64,000 bases of DNA, taken from assembly GCA_003214355.1 (NCBI GenBank), contig QCLS01000001.1:221039-285038 (forward strand). The letters run 5' to 3'. A program made the translations under genes and the position numbers. Positions 32,903 to 43,223 of the stretch are shown piece by piece. A model generated the notes under the pieces. That model made no database searches. It saw only the letters and a list, made by a program, of their open reading frames with translations, and was not told the origin of the DNA. This DNA comes from Prochlorococcus sp. AG-418-C09 (lineage in GTDB: Bacteria; Cyanobacteriota; Cyanobacteriia; PCC-6307; Cyanobiaceae). The first letter of the stretch is position 1; the number at the start of each line of letters is the position of its first letter.

Positions 32903-34351
32903 TTACTCAAAAGGAAACTTATAGTGAATGACCTTAGAAGGTTTTATCATTTGCAATAATTCTCTACCCCACTGCCTATTATTAATTCTTCCATCAAGAA
33001 TGACAAGCTTACCAGAATTCCTTCTGAGAGGCGCAACAGACCTATCCAAAAATTGAAAAGCTTCAACTAACAAAAATTCGCGGAACCAATCTCTAGATTG
33101 CCTCTTTATGTGTGAAACAGTTATTGCATTAATTGGTTTAGATATACTTGGAATTGGAAGTAATGGAACAATAATTTGTTGAGGATATGAAATCAGATTC
33201 ATGTTCTTTATCCACCAAGAGAAACTAGCACAAATAATATTTTCATCATGTTCTGGGAGACTCTCTAACAAAACTTTCTGACCATAATAAGAAGCCAATC
33301 TAGTTGCTAAATCTCTTTTCAAATGATTGTCATTAGTCAAAACAACATTTAAACCTTTTCTAAGAAAAATCAATTTTTTACACTTCTTCAATATTAAACT
33401 TGGAAAAATTGGATTATTTGGCAAGATTTGCCTTGAAGGTACATAAATTAAAATATTTTTTTCTAAGTAGTTACTCTTGAAATTAAGTGATAAATCAACT
33501 TCAACACTATGGGCTTTAAAATATTTCATTAGAAAATGATCTTTCCTTGAGCACGATAAAAAAATAAAATGGTTTCTCCTAAATAAATCTATTATTTCAG
33601 TCAATTCATCTATGGGTTCAAGATTAAGAATCCACTCAAAATTTTCATAATCCAAACTTACCCAACAAGCCCAGTCTGAACTTAAGGCATTATTAACTTT
33701 AGAGAATTTTTCAGAAAAGAATGAGTTTGTACTAAAAAAATTTTTCAAGAATTTTATCTCATTCTCTTCTAGATATATATAATTCTTATCTGGAATTGCT
33801 CTCGAGAAAAACTTTTGTTTTAGGTTATTATAAATTTTAATCAATTGATCTGTTCTAATCGCTGCAAGATAAGATGTACCAAACCAATCTTCCTTTAACA
33901 AAGAAATTTTAAAGAATTCTTTGAGATTTTCTTTTATATTTTGACTTTCAGTAAAGATAATTCTTTGATTAAGAAACTCTAAATCGCGATATTCATGAAT
34001 GAGTTTATCCAACGTTAAAAAACGAATCTCATGACTAGGAAAGATTATTTTGTCATTATTTAATTGAAAACTAAATCCCAGATCTTTTAAAAAAGGTAAA
34101 TTATTTTTTACTAATAGCTCAAATTGATTTCTAGATAAAATAAATATCGAATCTTGATCATATAAAAAAAGAGAAACTAACAATGCCGGATACCATTCTG
34201 AAGTAGAAAATATTTCAGAATTAATTAAATAATTATCTTTTGATTGCAGGCATTTTGATAATATTCGCCCAAAGGAATAAATATGTTCCCAGTTTAGATC
34301 TTGAGATTTAACAAGTTTTTTTAGATATTTATGACTGACTATCTCAAGCAT
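32903..34351 (-). CDS. DinG-family helicase-like protein (only the C-terminal helicase domain is recognisable)
   Basis: C-terminal IIVPLLP...FREF...APLRR..GKLVILDGR..WG resembles Helicase_C_2; no Walker A/B seen. Confidence 0.75.
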   Translation of the reverse strand: MLEIVSHKYLKKLVKSQDLNWEHIYSFGRILSKCLQSKDNYLINSEIFSTSEWYPALLVSLFLYDQDSIFILSRNQFELLVKNNLPFLKDLGFSFQLNNDKIIFPSHEIRFLTLDKLIHEYRDLEFLNQRIIFTESQNIKENLKEFFKISLLKEDWFGTSYLAAIRTDQLIKIYNNLKQKFFSRAIPDKNYIYLEENEIKFLKNFFSTNSFFSEKFSKVNNALSSDWACWVSLDYENFEWILNLEPIDELTEIIDLFRRNHFIFLSCSRKDHFLMKYFKAHSVEVDLSLNFKSNYLEKNILIYVPSRQILPNNPIFPSLILKKCKKLIFLRKGLNVVLTNDNHLKRDLATRLASYYGQKVLLESLPEHDENIICASFSWWIKNMNLISYPQQIIVPLLPIPSISKPINAITVSHIKRQSRDWFREFLLVEAFQFLDRSVAPLRRNSGKLVILDGRINNRQWGRELLQMIKPSKVIHYKFPFE

Positions 34352-34441
34352 TTATAAATTTTCAATTCTAATTTTACAAAATATGATTCTAAGTATACAA
34401 AAAATTGTTATGAATAGAAAAAACCTCAATTTATAACTCAA

Positions 34442-35281
34442 ATGAATATTGGCATAGTTGGACTAGGACTAATTGGAGGCTCTATTGGTTTAAAACTACA
34501 AAAATATAATCATATAGTTTATGGACTTGCTAATAATGAAACAAATAAGCAAAAAGCTCTAGAGAGAAAATTAGCAAATCATGTAAGTTGCGATCCAGGT
34601 ATCTTGAATGAATGTAATTTAATAATACTTGCTTTACCAATTAGGGACTTAACAAATCCATCTGAGGAAATAATTAAAGCAATTCCTAAAGATTCTATTT
34701 TAACTGATGTGGGATCCATTAAAGAACCTATAATTAGTATTTGGGAGAAATTACATCCTTTATTCATTGGATCGCATCCAATGGCTGGTACGGAAGAAAA
34801 AGGAGTGAATGCAGGGTATGAAGAACTACTTAAAGATGCAAAGTGGATAATCACACCAACTGCTAAAACTAACAAAAATGCAATTTCAGAATTATCTAAA
34901 TTAATTAATTCAATTGGCTGCGAGGTATGCATTACATCTCCCAAAGAACATGACCAGGTATTATCATTAATTTCGCACTTACCGATTTTTCTAGCCGCCT
35001 GTTTAATTGAAACAGCTGATATAAAAGAGAATCCGTCTTTATTAAATTTAGCTCATCAATTAGCCTCATCTGGATTTGCCGATACATCAAGGGTAGGCGG
35101 AGGTAACCCCCAGTTAGGCTTGGATTTAGCAATAAACAATCAAATATATTTACTACAAGCAATACAATCCTTTAGACAAAATATAACTTCTATAGAAAAT
35201 CTAATCATTAAAAAAGATTGGGATGGCCTTCTGAAGAAACTAAACAATAGCAAAGAATCTAGAATAGATTTCTGTAATTAA
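34442..35281 (+). CDS. tyrA: Prephenate/arogenate dehydrogenase
   Basis: GLGLIGGS, TDVGSIK, HPMAGTE, HD...SHLP, GFADTSRVGG. Confidence 0.95.
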   Translation: MNIGIVGLGLIGGSIGLKLQKYNHIVYGLANNETNKQKALERKLANHVSCDPGILNECNLIILALPIRDLTNPSEEIIKAIPKDSILTDVGSIKEPIISIWEKLHPLFIGSHPMAGTEEKGVNAGYEELLKDAKWIITPTAKTNKNAISELSKLINSIGCEVCITSPKEHDQVLSLISHLPIFLAACLIETADIKENPSLLNLAHQLASSGFADTSRVGGGNPQLGLDLAINNQIYLLQAIQSFRQNITSIENLIIKKDWDGLLKKLNNSKESRIDFCN

Positions 35282-35285
35282 TTTC

Positions 35286-36791
35286 CTATATTGTGAAATT
35301 ATTCAAACCATTTGCAGAGGCTATCTGTCGAGATACCATCAAAGCAGATTGACTTACTCCGGCTGTACCTTCTCCAGGATATATTGAGTCGCCACACAAC
35401 CATAATCCTTGCATTGGGGTTCTACTAGCTATGCCAAATAACCCAAATATCTTCGGATTTTGTCCTAATCCCCCAACTATTCCATTAGGTCGATTAGTCC
35501 ACCGCTGAAACCCTAGTGGAGTAGCAAGTTCTCTATGAAGCCAATCATCCGATGAAATTGCAAATTGAATTTCTATTGCTTTGGAAATCTTTAGAAGAAA
35601 TTCTTCCTTTTTCTTAAGATAACTACTTTTATCTAGATCAATCCAATCATTGGTCTGTGTAAAAATGCTAGCAATTAAAGTAACTTGTCCTAGAGGGGCT
35701 CTTCCATCGCCATTATTGCTTATTGATATAAAAAGCGAGCCTAATTCTTGGTGTGAGAACTGATAATGATTTGCTGTGAATTGGTTAATCTTTTTCCTTT
35801 CAATAGCAGAATATAATACCAATGCTCCATTGGGCTTAGGAAGACTCTTTATTTGAGATTTATATTGTTTTATGGTCTCAGAATTCTCATCTAAATGTTG
35901 CAATAGACTTTGGGGAGGAAGTGTATAAACAATCTCTTTAGTAAGGTATTCATTTGTCTTTTTATTTGAGGATGCAGATACTTTCCAATACTTTTTTAAA
36001 TTATCAAATTTTATAGATTGAACTTTTTGTCCAAACACTATTTCTGCTTCTGTCTGTTTTAATGAATCTTCCAATGCATTACTTAATGCTTGCATAGAGT
36101 GTTGCAAATGGAAAAGTCCTCTAGGATGCTGGCCCATATGTAATACAGTGCTGCCATATAGCGCTGCCGTATTATAAATATCTTCTTGCGAATAAAGTTT
36201 TAATTGCAAATTAAGAAATTTTATTAATCTTTTATCCTTATGACACCCACATAATTTTAAAAGATCAAACATACTCGATTTGATTAATAAACCTGATAAA
36301 AAATTGATAGGGGTTAATGCCTTGACTAATTGCGAAAAATCCCAAAGATTTCTGATTGGCATCACAGGATTATTGTTGGCAAATTTCCAATTACTTTTAT
36401 GAATAAATGCGCATAATTGCCAGAATTTCTGACTTCCTGGGAACTGCAAATCTCTTTCTTTAATCCAACTTTCTTCTTCATACCAAATATGTATTGCTCT
36501 TGAGCCATCGTTTAGATCAACAACACAAGCAGGATCAAGTATTGATGCATCTGGAACAGGAATTTCAAGAAAATCAAAAATCTTACGATGAATCCCTTCC
36601 ACCTCTAGTCCTGCGACTTGTGTCGCACCTACATCAAAAATATATTTCTGCCTTTTAAAAGTTCCTGCACATCCTCCAGATTGATAATGTGATTCAATTA
36701 TCGTTACGGAAAATCCAAGTTTTGATAAAATTGCTGCTGATGTTAAACCTGCTATACCAGCACCAACAACAACAATTTCTCTTTTCTTCAT
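35286..36791 (-). CDS. crtD: Carotenoid C-3',4' desaturase CrtD-like FAD oxidoreductase
   Basis: GAGIAGL Rossmann fold, GGCAGTF, FDVGATQVAG, ATPLGF, CGDSIYPGEGTAGV. Confidence 0.8.
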   Translation of the reverse strand: MKKREIVVVGAGIAGLTSAAILSKLGFSVTIIESHYQSGGCAGTFKRQKYIFDVGATQVAGLEVEGIHRKIFDFLEIPVPDASILDPACVVDLNDGSRAIHIWYEEESWIKERDLQFPGSQKFWQLCAFIHKSNWKFANNNPVMPIRNLWDFSQLVKALTPINFLSGLLIKSSMFDLLKLCGCHKDKRLIKFLNLQLKLYSQEDIYNTAALYGSTVLHMGQHPRGLFHLQHSMQALSNALEDSLKQTEAEIVFGQKVQSIKFDNLKKYWKVSASSNKKTNEYLTKEIVYTLPPQSLLQHLDENSETIKQYKSQIKSLPKPNGALVLYSAIERKKINQFTANHYQFSHQELGSLFISISNNGDGRAPLGQVTLIASIFTQTNDWIDLDKSSYLKKKEEFLLKISKAIEIQFAISSDDWLHRELATPLGFQRWTNRPNGIVGGLGQNPKIFGLFGIASRTPMQGLWLCGDSIYPGEGTAGVSQSALMVSRQIASANGLNNFTI

Positions 36792-36795
36792 AACA

Positions 36796-37665
36796 ATGGT
36801 TGATTTATCTCAAACTGAACTTAGCGAAATTTGCAATCATTTAAGAGAAGAATTTCCTAAGAATATTACCAGAATATATGGAGGTAATATTCATACTGCA
36901 TGGAAAATAGATTTTCTTGAGTATTCTATCTTTGTAAAAAAAAATATGAGGCAAAAAAGATTACTGGAATTTGAAGCACATTGTTTAAATAATTTAATCA
37001 AATTCATAAATCCCAAAAATCTTATTTCACCAAAAGTCTTAGGCTATCTATTAATTAATAATAATGAACTCCTATTACTCGAATGGATTGATTTTAAAAA
37101 TAATAATCAGAAAAAGTTAGGTCAAGGATTAGCAGAAATGCATTTAAGATCGCACAAAGACAATCCAACAAGGTACGGATATTCCATTCAAGGTTTCATT
37201 GGTGAATCAAATCAAATCAATGGGTGGGATTCCAAATGGTCTAATTGTTATATAAAATTGAGATTAGAACCTCAGCTGAATAGTTTGAAAATTAATTATA
37301 TTGATTTCAACAAATTGAAAAAAAAGATCGAAAAAGTACTATTAGATCATCAACCTATGAATTCGCTTGTTCATGGTGATTTATGGGCTGGCAATGTGGC
37401 AACAGGAGATCTAGGCAAAGGGGTCATTTTCGATCCTGCATGTTGGTGGGCAGACTGCGAAGTCGACATTGCTATGACAAGATTATTTGGTGGTTTTAAT
37501 GATGAATTTTACGAAGAATATTATAAAGTCTTACCCATAAAAGAAGGTTTTGAAGAGAGATGTACTATTTACAACCTTTACCACGTAGTTAATCATGCAA
37601 ATATGTTTGGTGGATTATATTTAAATCAAGTCAATGAATATATTCAAAGAATAATGGATTTTTAA
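36796..37665 (-). CDS. placeholder-free note: see plus-strand call
   Basis: Not a minus-strand gene; retained only on plus strand below. Confidence 0.01.
36796..37665 (+). CDS. Fructosamine-3-kinase family protein
   Basis: FVKKN, LVHGDLWAGN, FDPA, EVDIAMTRLFGGF, YNLYH..NH. Confidence 0.92.
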   Translation: MVDLSQTELSEICNHLREEFPKNITRIYGGNIHTAWKIDFLEYSIFVKKNMRQKRLLEFEAHCLNNLIKFINPKNLISPKVLGYLLINNNELLLLEWIDFKNNNQKKLGQGLAEMHLRSHKDNPTRYGYSIQGFIGESNQINGWDSKWSNCYIKLRLEPQLNSLKINYIDFNKLKKKIEKVLLDHQPMNSLVHGDLWAGNVATGDLGKGVIFDPACWWADCEVDIAMTRLFGGFNDEFYEEYYKVLPIKEGFEERCTIYNLYHVVNHANMFGGLYLNQVNEYIQRIMDF

Positions 37666-37672
37666 ATAATAA

Positions 37673-38038
37673 CTAACCTAAATATGTTTTTTTCAGATTC
37701 TGCAACTTATCCAAAACCGCATCACGATTTTCACTGGTACGAAGATTTTGCCAGCTCCATTGACCAACAACTATTACGCCTAAAAGCTCAAGAAGACCTG
37801 GGAGAATAGGGAAAAAGTTAATAGTGTCAATCACAACTTTAATAATAATTTGAGCAAGTACCACTACAGCAATGATGCCTGCAGCTTTTCCGTATTTACC
37901 CATTTGGGTCCAATCAACGTTTCCTAGCGTCTCATTAACTTTCCCCATAACGTCTGAGTACTTCTCTGAAAAACTTTTATTTTCAGAATTAATATCGGAG
38001 CCAGAGTCTTGATTTGGCTCAGGAGCGTTATCACTCAT
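37673..38038 (-). CDS. CAAD-domain (CurT / CURVATURE THYLAKOID1-like) protein
   Basis: IDTINFFPILPGLLELLG..WQNL..SENR; two TM helices. Confidence 0.85.
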   Translation of the reverse strand: MSDNAPEPNQDSGSDINSENKSFSEKYSDVMGKVNETLGNVDWTQMGKYGKAAGIIAVVVLAQIIIKVVIDTINFFPILPGLLELLGVIVVGQWSWQNLRTSENRDAVLDKLQNLKKTYLG

Positions 38039-38386
38039 GAATTCAGTTGATCATGTTATATGAACCAGACAGTATCGGAAAAAGTGTCTGTTGACTACCT
38101 ATTTGTTGTATGTAAATCCGAACCGAAACATTTGAAATATTTGTAAACGATTAATATAACTGGTTTATTAGAGATTTAACTAATAAAAATGATTTACAAA
38201 AACTTCACATTTCCATCATCTTTTCAAAATAAAAGTCCTTAAATTAAACATATATCCTTAAGAATTATGAAAACCTTCTTAAATTAAATATTTAACATAT
38301 CTCTCAACATGGTTACTGTTAAGAAAAGGTTCTTGATTTAATTATCTAACTAAGATAATTCTAAAACTTAATAAATTTTCAAAGGC

Positions 38387-39547
38387 ATGGAAATATTTAG
38401 TAATGAGTTCAACAATTCTTTCAGTCCAGACGAACTAGAAAGATATAAAAGGCATTTCTCATTAGCAGATATTGATTTCAAAGGACAACAAAGATTAAAA
38501 AAAAGCTCTGTCCTTTTCATTGGAGCTGGAGGTCTAGGATCCTCTGCAATACTTTATATCGCTGCTGCAGGGGTGGGCGAAATAGGAATAGTTGATAATG
38601 ACAAAGTTGAAAAATCAAACCTGCAAAGACAAATAATTCATGACACTTCAGAAATAGGTAATTACAAAATAGACTCTGCAAATAAAAAAATTCATAAACT
38701 CAATCCAAATTGTCAAATAAAAACTTTCAAAAAAAGAATATGCCAAAAAAATGCTTTAGAAATTATTCAAGATTTTGACATTGTATGTGACTGTTCTGAT
38801 AATTTTCCTACTAGATACTTAATTAATGATTCTTGCCTAATCCTCCAGAAGCCAATGATTTTCGGATCAGTTCAAGGCTTTGAAGGTCAAGTTAGTGTTT
38901 TTAATCTAAATCCAGACAGTCCAAATCTAAGGGATTTACTGCCAGAATCGCCTCAAAGAAATAATATTCCAAGTTGTGAACAATTTGGCGTAATGGGAGT
39001 TTCGACAGGATTAATTGGGATTCTACAAGCAAATGAGATTATAAAAATCATTACAAAAAAAGGAACTATTCTTGATGGAAAAATTTTAATTTTTAATCTC
39101 CTTTCAATATCGATGAAGAAATTAAATTTAAAAGCAAGCAATAAATATAAAAAGGTACATAATCTTCAAAAATTTAAAGATTTCTATGAACAATTTGATT
39201 GTGAAAAAATCCATCAAGATATAGAGACAATTTCTGTCGAGAAATTTAAGAAACTATACAAAAAGAATCCGACTAAGATTCTCATTATTGATGTCAGGAC
39301 AGATGAGGAATTTGCAAATTTCTCAATTAAAGGATCAATTTCAATTCCACTAAATATTATTGTCAAAAAATCTTCTCTTAAATTAATTCATAATCTTTCA
39401 AATGGGAAAATAATCTTTACTCTCTGTAAAAAAGGAATCAGCTCAAACAATGCATCAGAACTGCTTTTAAAAGAAAGAATTAAATCATTTTCAATAGAAG
39501 GAGGTATACAAAATCTATCCAAAGATCCGTACTTCAATGATCAGTAA
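38387..39547 (+). CDS. moeB: MoeB/MoeZ-type sulfur-carrier adenylyltransferase with C-terminal rhodanese domain
   Basis: ERYKRH, GAGGLGS, SNLQRQ, DNFPTRYLIND; rhodanese IDVR...CKKG. Confidence 0.92.
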   Translation: MEIFSNEFNNSFSPDELERYKRHFSLADIDFKGQQRLKKSSVLFIGAGGLGSSAILYIAAAGVGEIGIVDNDKVEKSNLQRQIIHDTSEIGNYKIDSANKKIHKLNPNCQIKTFKKRICQKNALEIIQDFDIVCDCSDNFPTRYLINDSCLILQKPMIFGSVQGFEGQVSVFNLNPDSPNLRDLLPESPQRNNIPSCEQFGVMGVSTGLIGILQANEIIKIITKKGTILDGKILIFNLLSISMKKLNLKASNKYKKVHNLQKFKDFYEQFDCEKIHQDIETISVEKFKKLYKKNPTKILIIDVRTDEEFANFSIKGSISIPLNIIVKKSSLKLIHNLSNGKIIFTLCKKGISSNNASELLLKERIKSFSIEGGIQNLSKDPYFNDQ

Positions 39548-39549
39548 AG

Positions 39550-40707
39550 TCAGTAATCAACACCTCTCTTTAAGTCAACTCCAACATTTGCATAATGTTT
39601 ATGACAAACCATTTCTGAATACACATTAGCCAATTGGAAATATGATGGCTCATTTTTACATCTACCTGTCAAAATCACTTCTGTTTCTTTTGGTTTCTTT
39701 AAAAGTGTTTCGTGTATGGATTCAACAGGTAATAATTCTAGATCAACAGTGGGATTAACTTCATCCAAAATAATAGTTTTGTATAAACCACTAAGTATTG
39801 CTGCTTTGGCTATTTCCCATGCTCTTTCAGCTTCAACATAATCAATTGGCTGCTGCTGACCTCTCCAAACTATTGCATCACGTCCAGATCTTAAATGATC
39901 AACTAAGTGAGGATAACTTTCTCTTAATGCTTCTATTGCTGCATCCTCAGTATAACCCGAACCTCCTTTAAGCCATTGCAATATAAGGACCCTATGGCTT
40001 TTATCTTGAGAAATACCTTTACCAATAGCTTGTAACGCTTTACCTAAAGCGCTAGTTGACTTACCTTTACCCTCTCCTGTATAAACTTCGATACCTCCAA
40101 AGTTATCTTTATTACTATCAGTTTTAATTTCCAATCGAGCACGGGGGCGCATTTCCGAATGCAGTTGAGAAATTCTTATTAAAGATGATGGTGCACCCCT
40201 TCCAGTTACAATAATCTCTAAACCATTAGGTCGAGCTTCTATAGTTTTGACAACTTCATCAATATTAAGCAATCCCAAGGCTAAAACTGGACTTAATTCA
40301 TCAAGTACTACAACAGAATAAAGAGAGCTAGCAATAGCACCCTTAGCTATATTCCATCCTCTTTCAGCCTCAGACTTATCGAATTTCGTCACTTCTTTCT
40401 CATTAAAGAATTCAGAACGTCCAGTCCTTACGTGATCGATTAAATGTGGAAAACCTCGTTGCAAAGCCTCAATTGCCGAATCTTCATCATAATCTCTTCC
40501 AGGTCCTTTAAGAAAACGCAATAATAAAACTCTAGTGGGTTTTCTTTCGCAAATACCCAAACCTATAGTTCTCAGTACAACGCCTAAAGCAGCCTGACTT
40601 TTACCTTTACCATCTCCATCATAAATATGTAATTGACCCTTTGATCTTTCTTGACTACCACTAGCGGTAACAATACCTATTCCAGAATTTCTATTAGAAT
40701 TTGACAA
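39550..40707 (-). CDS. cobO: Cob(I)yrinic acid a,c-diamide adenosyltransferase with tandem CobO domains
   Basis: Two P-loops (YDGDGKGKS, YTGEGKGKS), two LDE and TGR motifs; TTG start. Confidence 0.9.
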   Translation of the reverse strand: MSNSNRNSGIGIVTASGSQERSKGQLHIYDGDGKGKSQAALGVVLRTIGLGICERKPTRVLLLRFLKGPGRDYDEDSAIEALQRGFPHLIDHVRTGRSEFFNEKEVTKFDKSEAERGWNIAKGAIASSLYSVVVLDELSPVLALGLLNIDEVVKTIEARPNGLEIIVTGRGAPSSLIRISQLHSEMRPRARLEIKTDSNKDNFGGIEVYTGEGKGKSTSALGKALQAIGKGISQDKSHRVLILQWLKGGSGYTEDAAIEALRESYPHLVDHLRSGRDAIVWRGQQQPIDYVEAERAWEIAKAAILSGLYKTIILDEVNPTVDLELLPVESIHETLLKKPKETEVILTGRCKNEPSYFQLANVYSEMVCHKHYANVGVDLKRGVDY

Positions 40708-40806
40708 TTAAAATTTACTAGTTGATTTTAATTTAAGCTATAGTTGAACAAATTATTAAAAAATTTAATAATAAATTCAACCTAGCGAGTTAAAAATTTA
40801 TTAAAT

Positions 40807-41631
40807 ATGTTTCAGCAAATTGAGGATATTTCAAATGAACAATCGGAAAAGCTAATAGGGCTAAGAGAGTATTTAAGAAGTCTGCATCATGCTTGCATTG
40901 CTTACTCTGGTGGGGTGGATAGCGCATTATTAGCCTCACTAGCGTATGAACAGCTGGGTAAAAATTCGCTAGCAGTAACTGGCGTATCAGATGCTTTGGC
41001 CAATCAACTTCTTAAAGAAGCAAGATATCAGGCTAAGTGGATAGGAATCAAACATATTGAAGTAAATACCTCAGAAATTAATAATGAAGAATATAGTAAG
41101 AATCCCCTAAACAGATGTTTTGCGTGTAAGAAAGAATTACATAAACATACCAAAGATATTTCAAAGAAACTCAATATACCCAATGTTCTTGATGGAGTGA
41201 ATATTGATGACCTTAAAGATTATAGACCTGGTATTAAGGCATCAAAAGAAGCCGGTGTTCTTTCCCCCTTAGCGATCTTAAAGTTCTCTAAACAAGATAT
41301 TAGAGACATCTCTAAAGCAATTGGCTTGCCTTGGTGGGATAAGCCAGCTCAGCCTTGTTTATCATCAAGATTCCCATACGGTTATGAAATTACTAGTAAG
41401 AGATTAAAAATGGTAGAACAAGCCGAAGATTACATTAGAAAACTAGGATTTAAAGAAGTGAGAGTAAGATGTCAGGGTAATTCAGCTAGAATTGAGATCC
41501 CATCAGATCAAATTCATAGATTCATAAATTCTTACAGAAGAGATGAATTTATTAAATTCTTTTTAAAACTTGGATTCAAAAGTACAAGTTTAGATCTTGA
41601 AGGTTTAGTTAGTGGCAAACTAAACAGATAA
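40807..41631 (+). CDS. LarE-like ATP-dependent sulfur transferase (TIGR00268)
   Basis: PP-loop AYSGGVDS, RCFACK, DYRPG, KPAQPCLSSRFPYG. Confidence 0.9.
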   Translation: MFQQIEDISNEQSEKLIGLREYLRSLHHACIAYSGGVDSALLASLAYEQLGKNSLAVTGVSDALANQLLKEARYQAKWIGIKHIEVNTSEINNEEYSKNPLNRCFACKKELHKHTKDISKKLNIPNVLDGVNIDDLKDYRPGIKASKEAGVLSPLAILKFSKQDIRDISKAIGLPWWDKPAQPCLSSRFPYGYEITSKRLKMVEQAEDYIRKLGFKEVRVRCQGNSARIEIPSDQIHRFINSYRRDEFIKFFLKLGFKSTSLDLEGLVSGKLNR

Positions 41632-41634
41632 AAT

Positions 41635-42069
41635 CTAATAAGAATTCTTTACATGATCTTGAATTTCAAGAGGAGATTTTCTTCTTAAGATTCTCAAATA
41701 ATGCTTTGCCGAATCTAAACTATCAATCAGATATTCACAAGCTAATTCTGGTTTCATATTCTTTCCACATGTAAAAATATCTACTGCAGCATAGCCTGAT
41801 TCAGGCCATGTATGAATTGATAGGTGAGATTCTGCTAGGAGGGCAATAGCTGTTAATCCCTGAGGTTGAAATTTATGACTAACCAAGTTGATTACGGTAG
41901 CATTTGCGAATTTTGAGGCATGATCTATTACACATCTAATATAAGATTCATCGTTCAACTTAAGAGAATCACAATTATATAGCTCAAGTAATAAGTGCTT
42001 TCCTTCAAATTCTATTATTTCATTATTGGAGACTATGTTTATTTCTTCATTTTGATTAGATACTTTCAT
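41635..42069 (-). CDS. speD: S-adenosylmethionine decarboxylase proenzyme
   Basis: GKHLLLELY, LAESH cleavage motif, HTWPE, DIFTCG. Confidence 0.93.
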   Translation of the reverse strand: MKVSNQNEEINIVSNNEIIEFEGKHLLLELYNCDSLKLNDESYIRCVIDHASKFANATVINLVSHKFQPQGLTAIALLAESHLSIHTWPESGYAAVDIFTCGKNMKPELACEYLIDSLDSAKHYLRILRRKSPLEIQDHVKNSY

Positions 42070-42131
42070 TGATTTTAGGTAAACAATAATCTGAATACTA
42101 CATTAGCTAAATATGAGTCATTTTTGAAATT

Positions 42132-43223
42132 TTAAAGATGAATGATTTGAGAGTTAATTAGAAAACTTTTATTAAATTTATCCAGATGTGTTGCACTTAT
42201 TAAGCATTGACCATCACTTCCAACAGCTTCGAGTAAAAGATTTTGCCTAACAATATCAAGTTCGGCTAACACATCATCCAAAATCAGTATAGGTTCAACA
42301 GCTATTAATTTCCTTAATAAGTCCAGTTCAGCCATTTTGAGGGCTAAAATCATAGTTCGTTGTTGGCCTGAAGAACCAAATTTCCTAACTAAATTTTTAT
42401 TTATGAGGAAGTTAATATCATCTCTATGAGGACCTACAGAACACTTTCCTGTTATTGACTCTATATTCCTTTGATTTTGTAATTTTTCAAGAAAGTTATT
42501 ATTTATTATCTTCTCTTCATCTTCCTCTACAGGAATAGAAGAGCAATAGTCGATATCCACAATTTCTCTATCTTTACTAAGGTATTTATGCCAATACTGG
42601 ACAAATGGTTTTAATCTAGTAATTGCTCTTCTTCTTCTTCGAAAGATTCTAGTTCCGATCAAAGCAATTTGAGCATCAAAACTATCTATCAACGCATCTG
42701 ATCCTTGCTTATTAGATAGACCCGTTCTCCAAAAATAGCTTCTTTGTTTAAGTAATTTAGTAAATCTTGCTAAAAGTTCAATATATACTGGTTCCATTTG
42801 AGTAACAACTTTATCCAACCATATTCTTCGTAAACCAGGTTCACCTTTGACAATATTTATATCATTAGAACTAAAAGCAACACTTCTTATATATTTTTTT
42901 ATATCGCTCTGCTTTTTTAATAATGAATCATTAACAAATATTTTCTTACCAGATTTTCGCAGTAAGTTAATCTGCAGATTTTCTTTAAAGTCAACTTGTG
43001 CCTTAATAATTGCTAGTTCAGAATCATAATTAATTAAATCCTTTTCATTAACAGCTCTACTTGATCTAAGTTGACTTAAGAATTCAACAGACTCAAGTAG
43101 ATTGGATTTACCAATTCCATTTGATCCAAGGATAATAGTCCTCTGATCTTGAATATTAAGATCAAAGGTTTTATGATTCCGAAAATCTTTAATTGTTAAA
43201 TGATTGAGGAAAATTTTTCTGAC
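42132..43223 (-). CDS. recF: DNA replication/repair protein RecF; the open frame runs to 43223 but has no ATG/GTG/TTG before 42818
   Basis: Manual translation gives one continuous frame: FFLNHLTIKDFRNH...GSNGIGKS (Walker A)...GEPGLRRIWLD...GSSGQQR...LDDVLAELD. The ORF track shows only the last 228 aa. Confidence 0.93.
   Translation of the reverse strand, partial: VRKIFLNHLTIKDFRNHKTFDLNIQDQRTIILGSNGIGKSNLLESVEFLSQLRSSRAVNEKDLINYDSELAIIKAQVDFKENLQINLLRKSGKKIFVNDSLLKKQSDIKKYIRSVAFSSNDINIVKGEPGLRRIWLDKVVTQMEPVYIELLARFTKLLKQRSYFWRTGLSNKQGSDALIDSFDAQIALIGTRIFRRRRRAITRLKPFVQYWHKYLSKDREIVDIDYCSSIPVEEDEEKIINNNFLEKLQNQRNIESITGKCSVGPHRDDINFLINKNLVRKFGSSGQQRTMILALKMAELDLLRKLIAVEPILILDDVLAELDIVRQNLLLEAVGSDGQCLISATHLDKFNKSFLINSQIIHL

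Noticed and set aside
36796-37665. A minus-strand gene at the fructosamine kinase locus (the 0.01-confidence entry in the feature list)
   Set aside because: That entry is an error and should be ignored; the only supported gene here is the plus-strand fructosamine kinase.
38060-38146. 28-codon ORF and 6-bp hairpin (CAGACA/TGTCTG) between curT-like and moeB
   Set aside because: Too short, with no motif or RBS; more simply the 5' UTR/promoter of the curT-like gene.
42132-43029. recF as a truncated 228-aa protein or split pseudogene
   Set aside because: Manual translation shows one uninterrupted frame to 43223. The 42847..43029 ORF is on the opposite strand and is a shadow.
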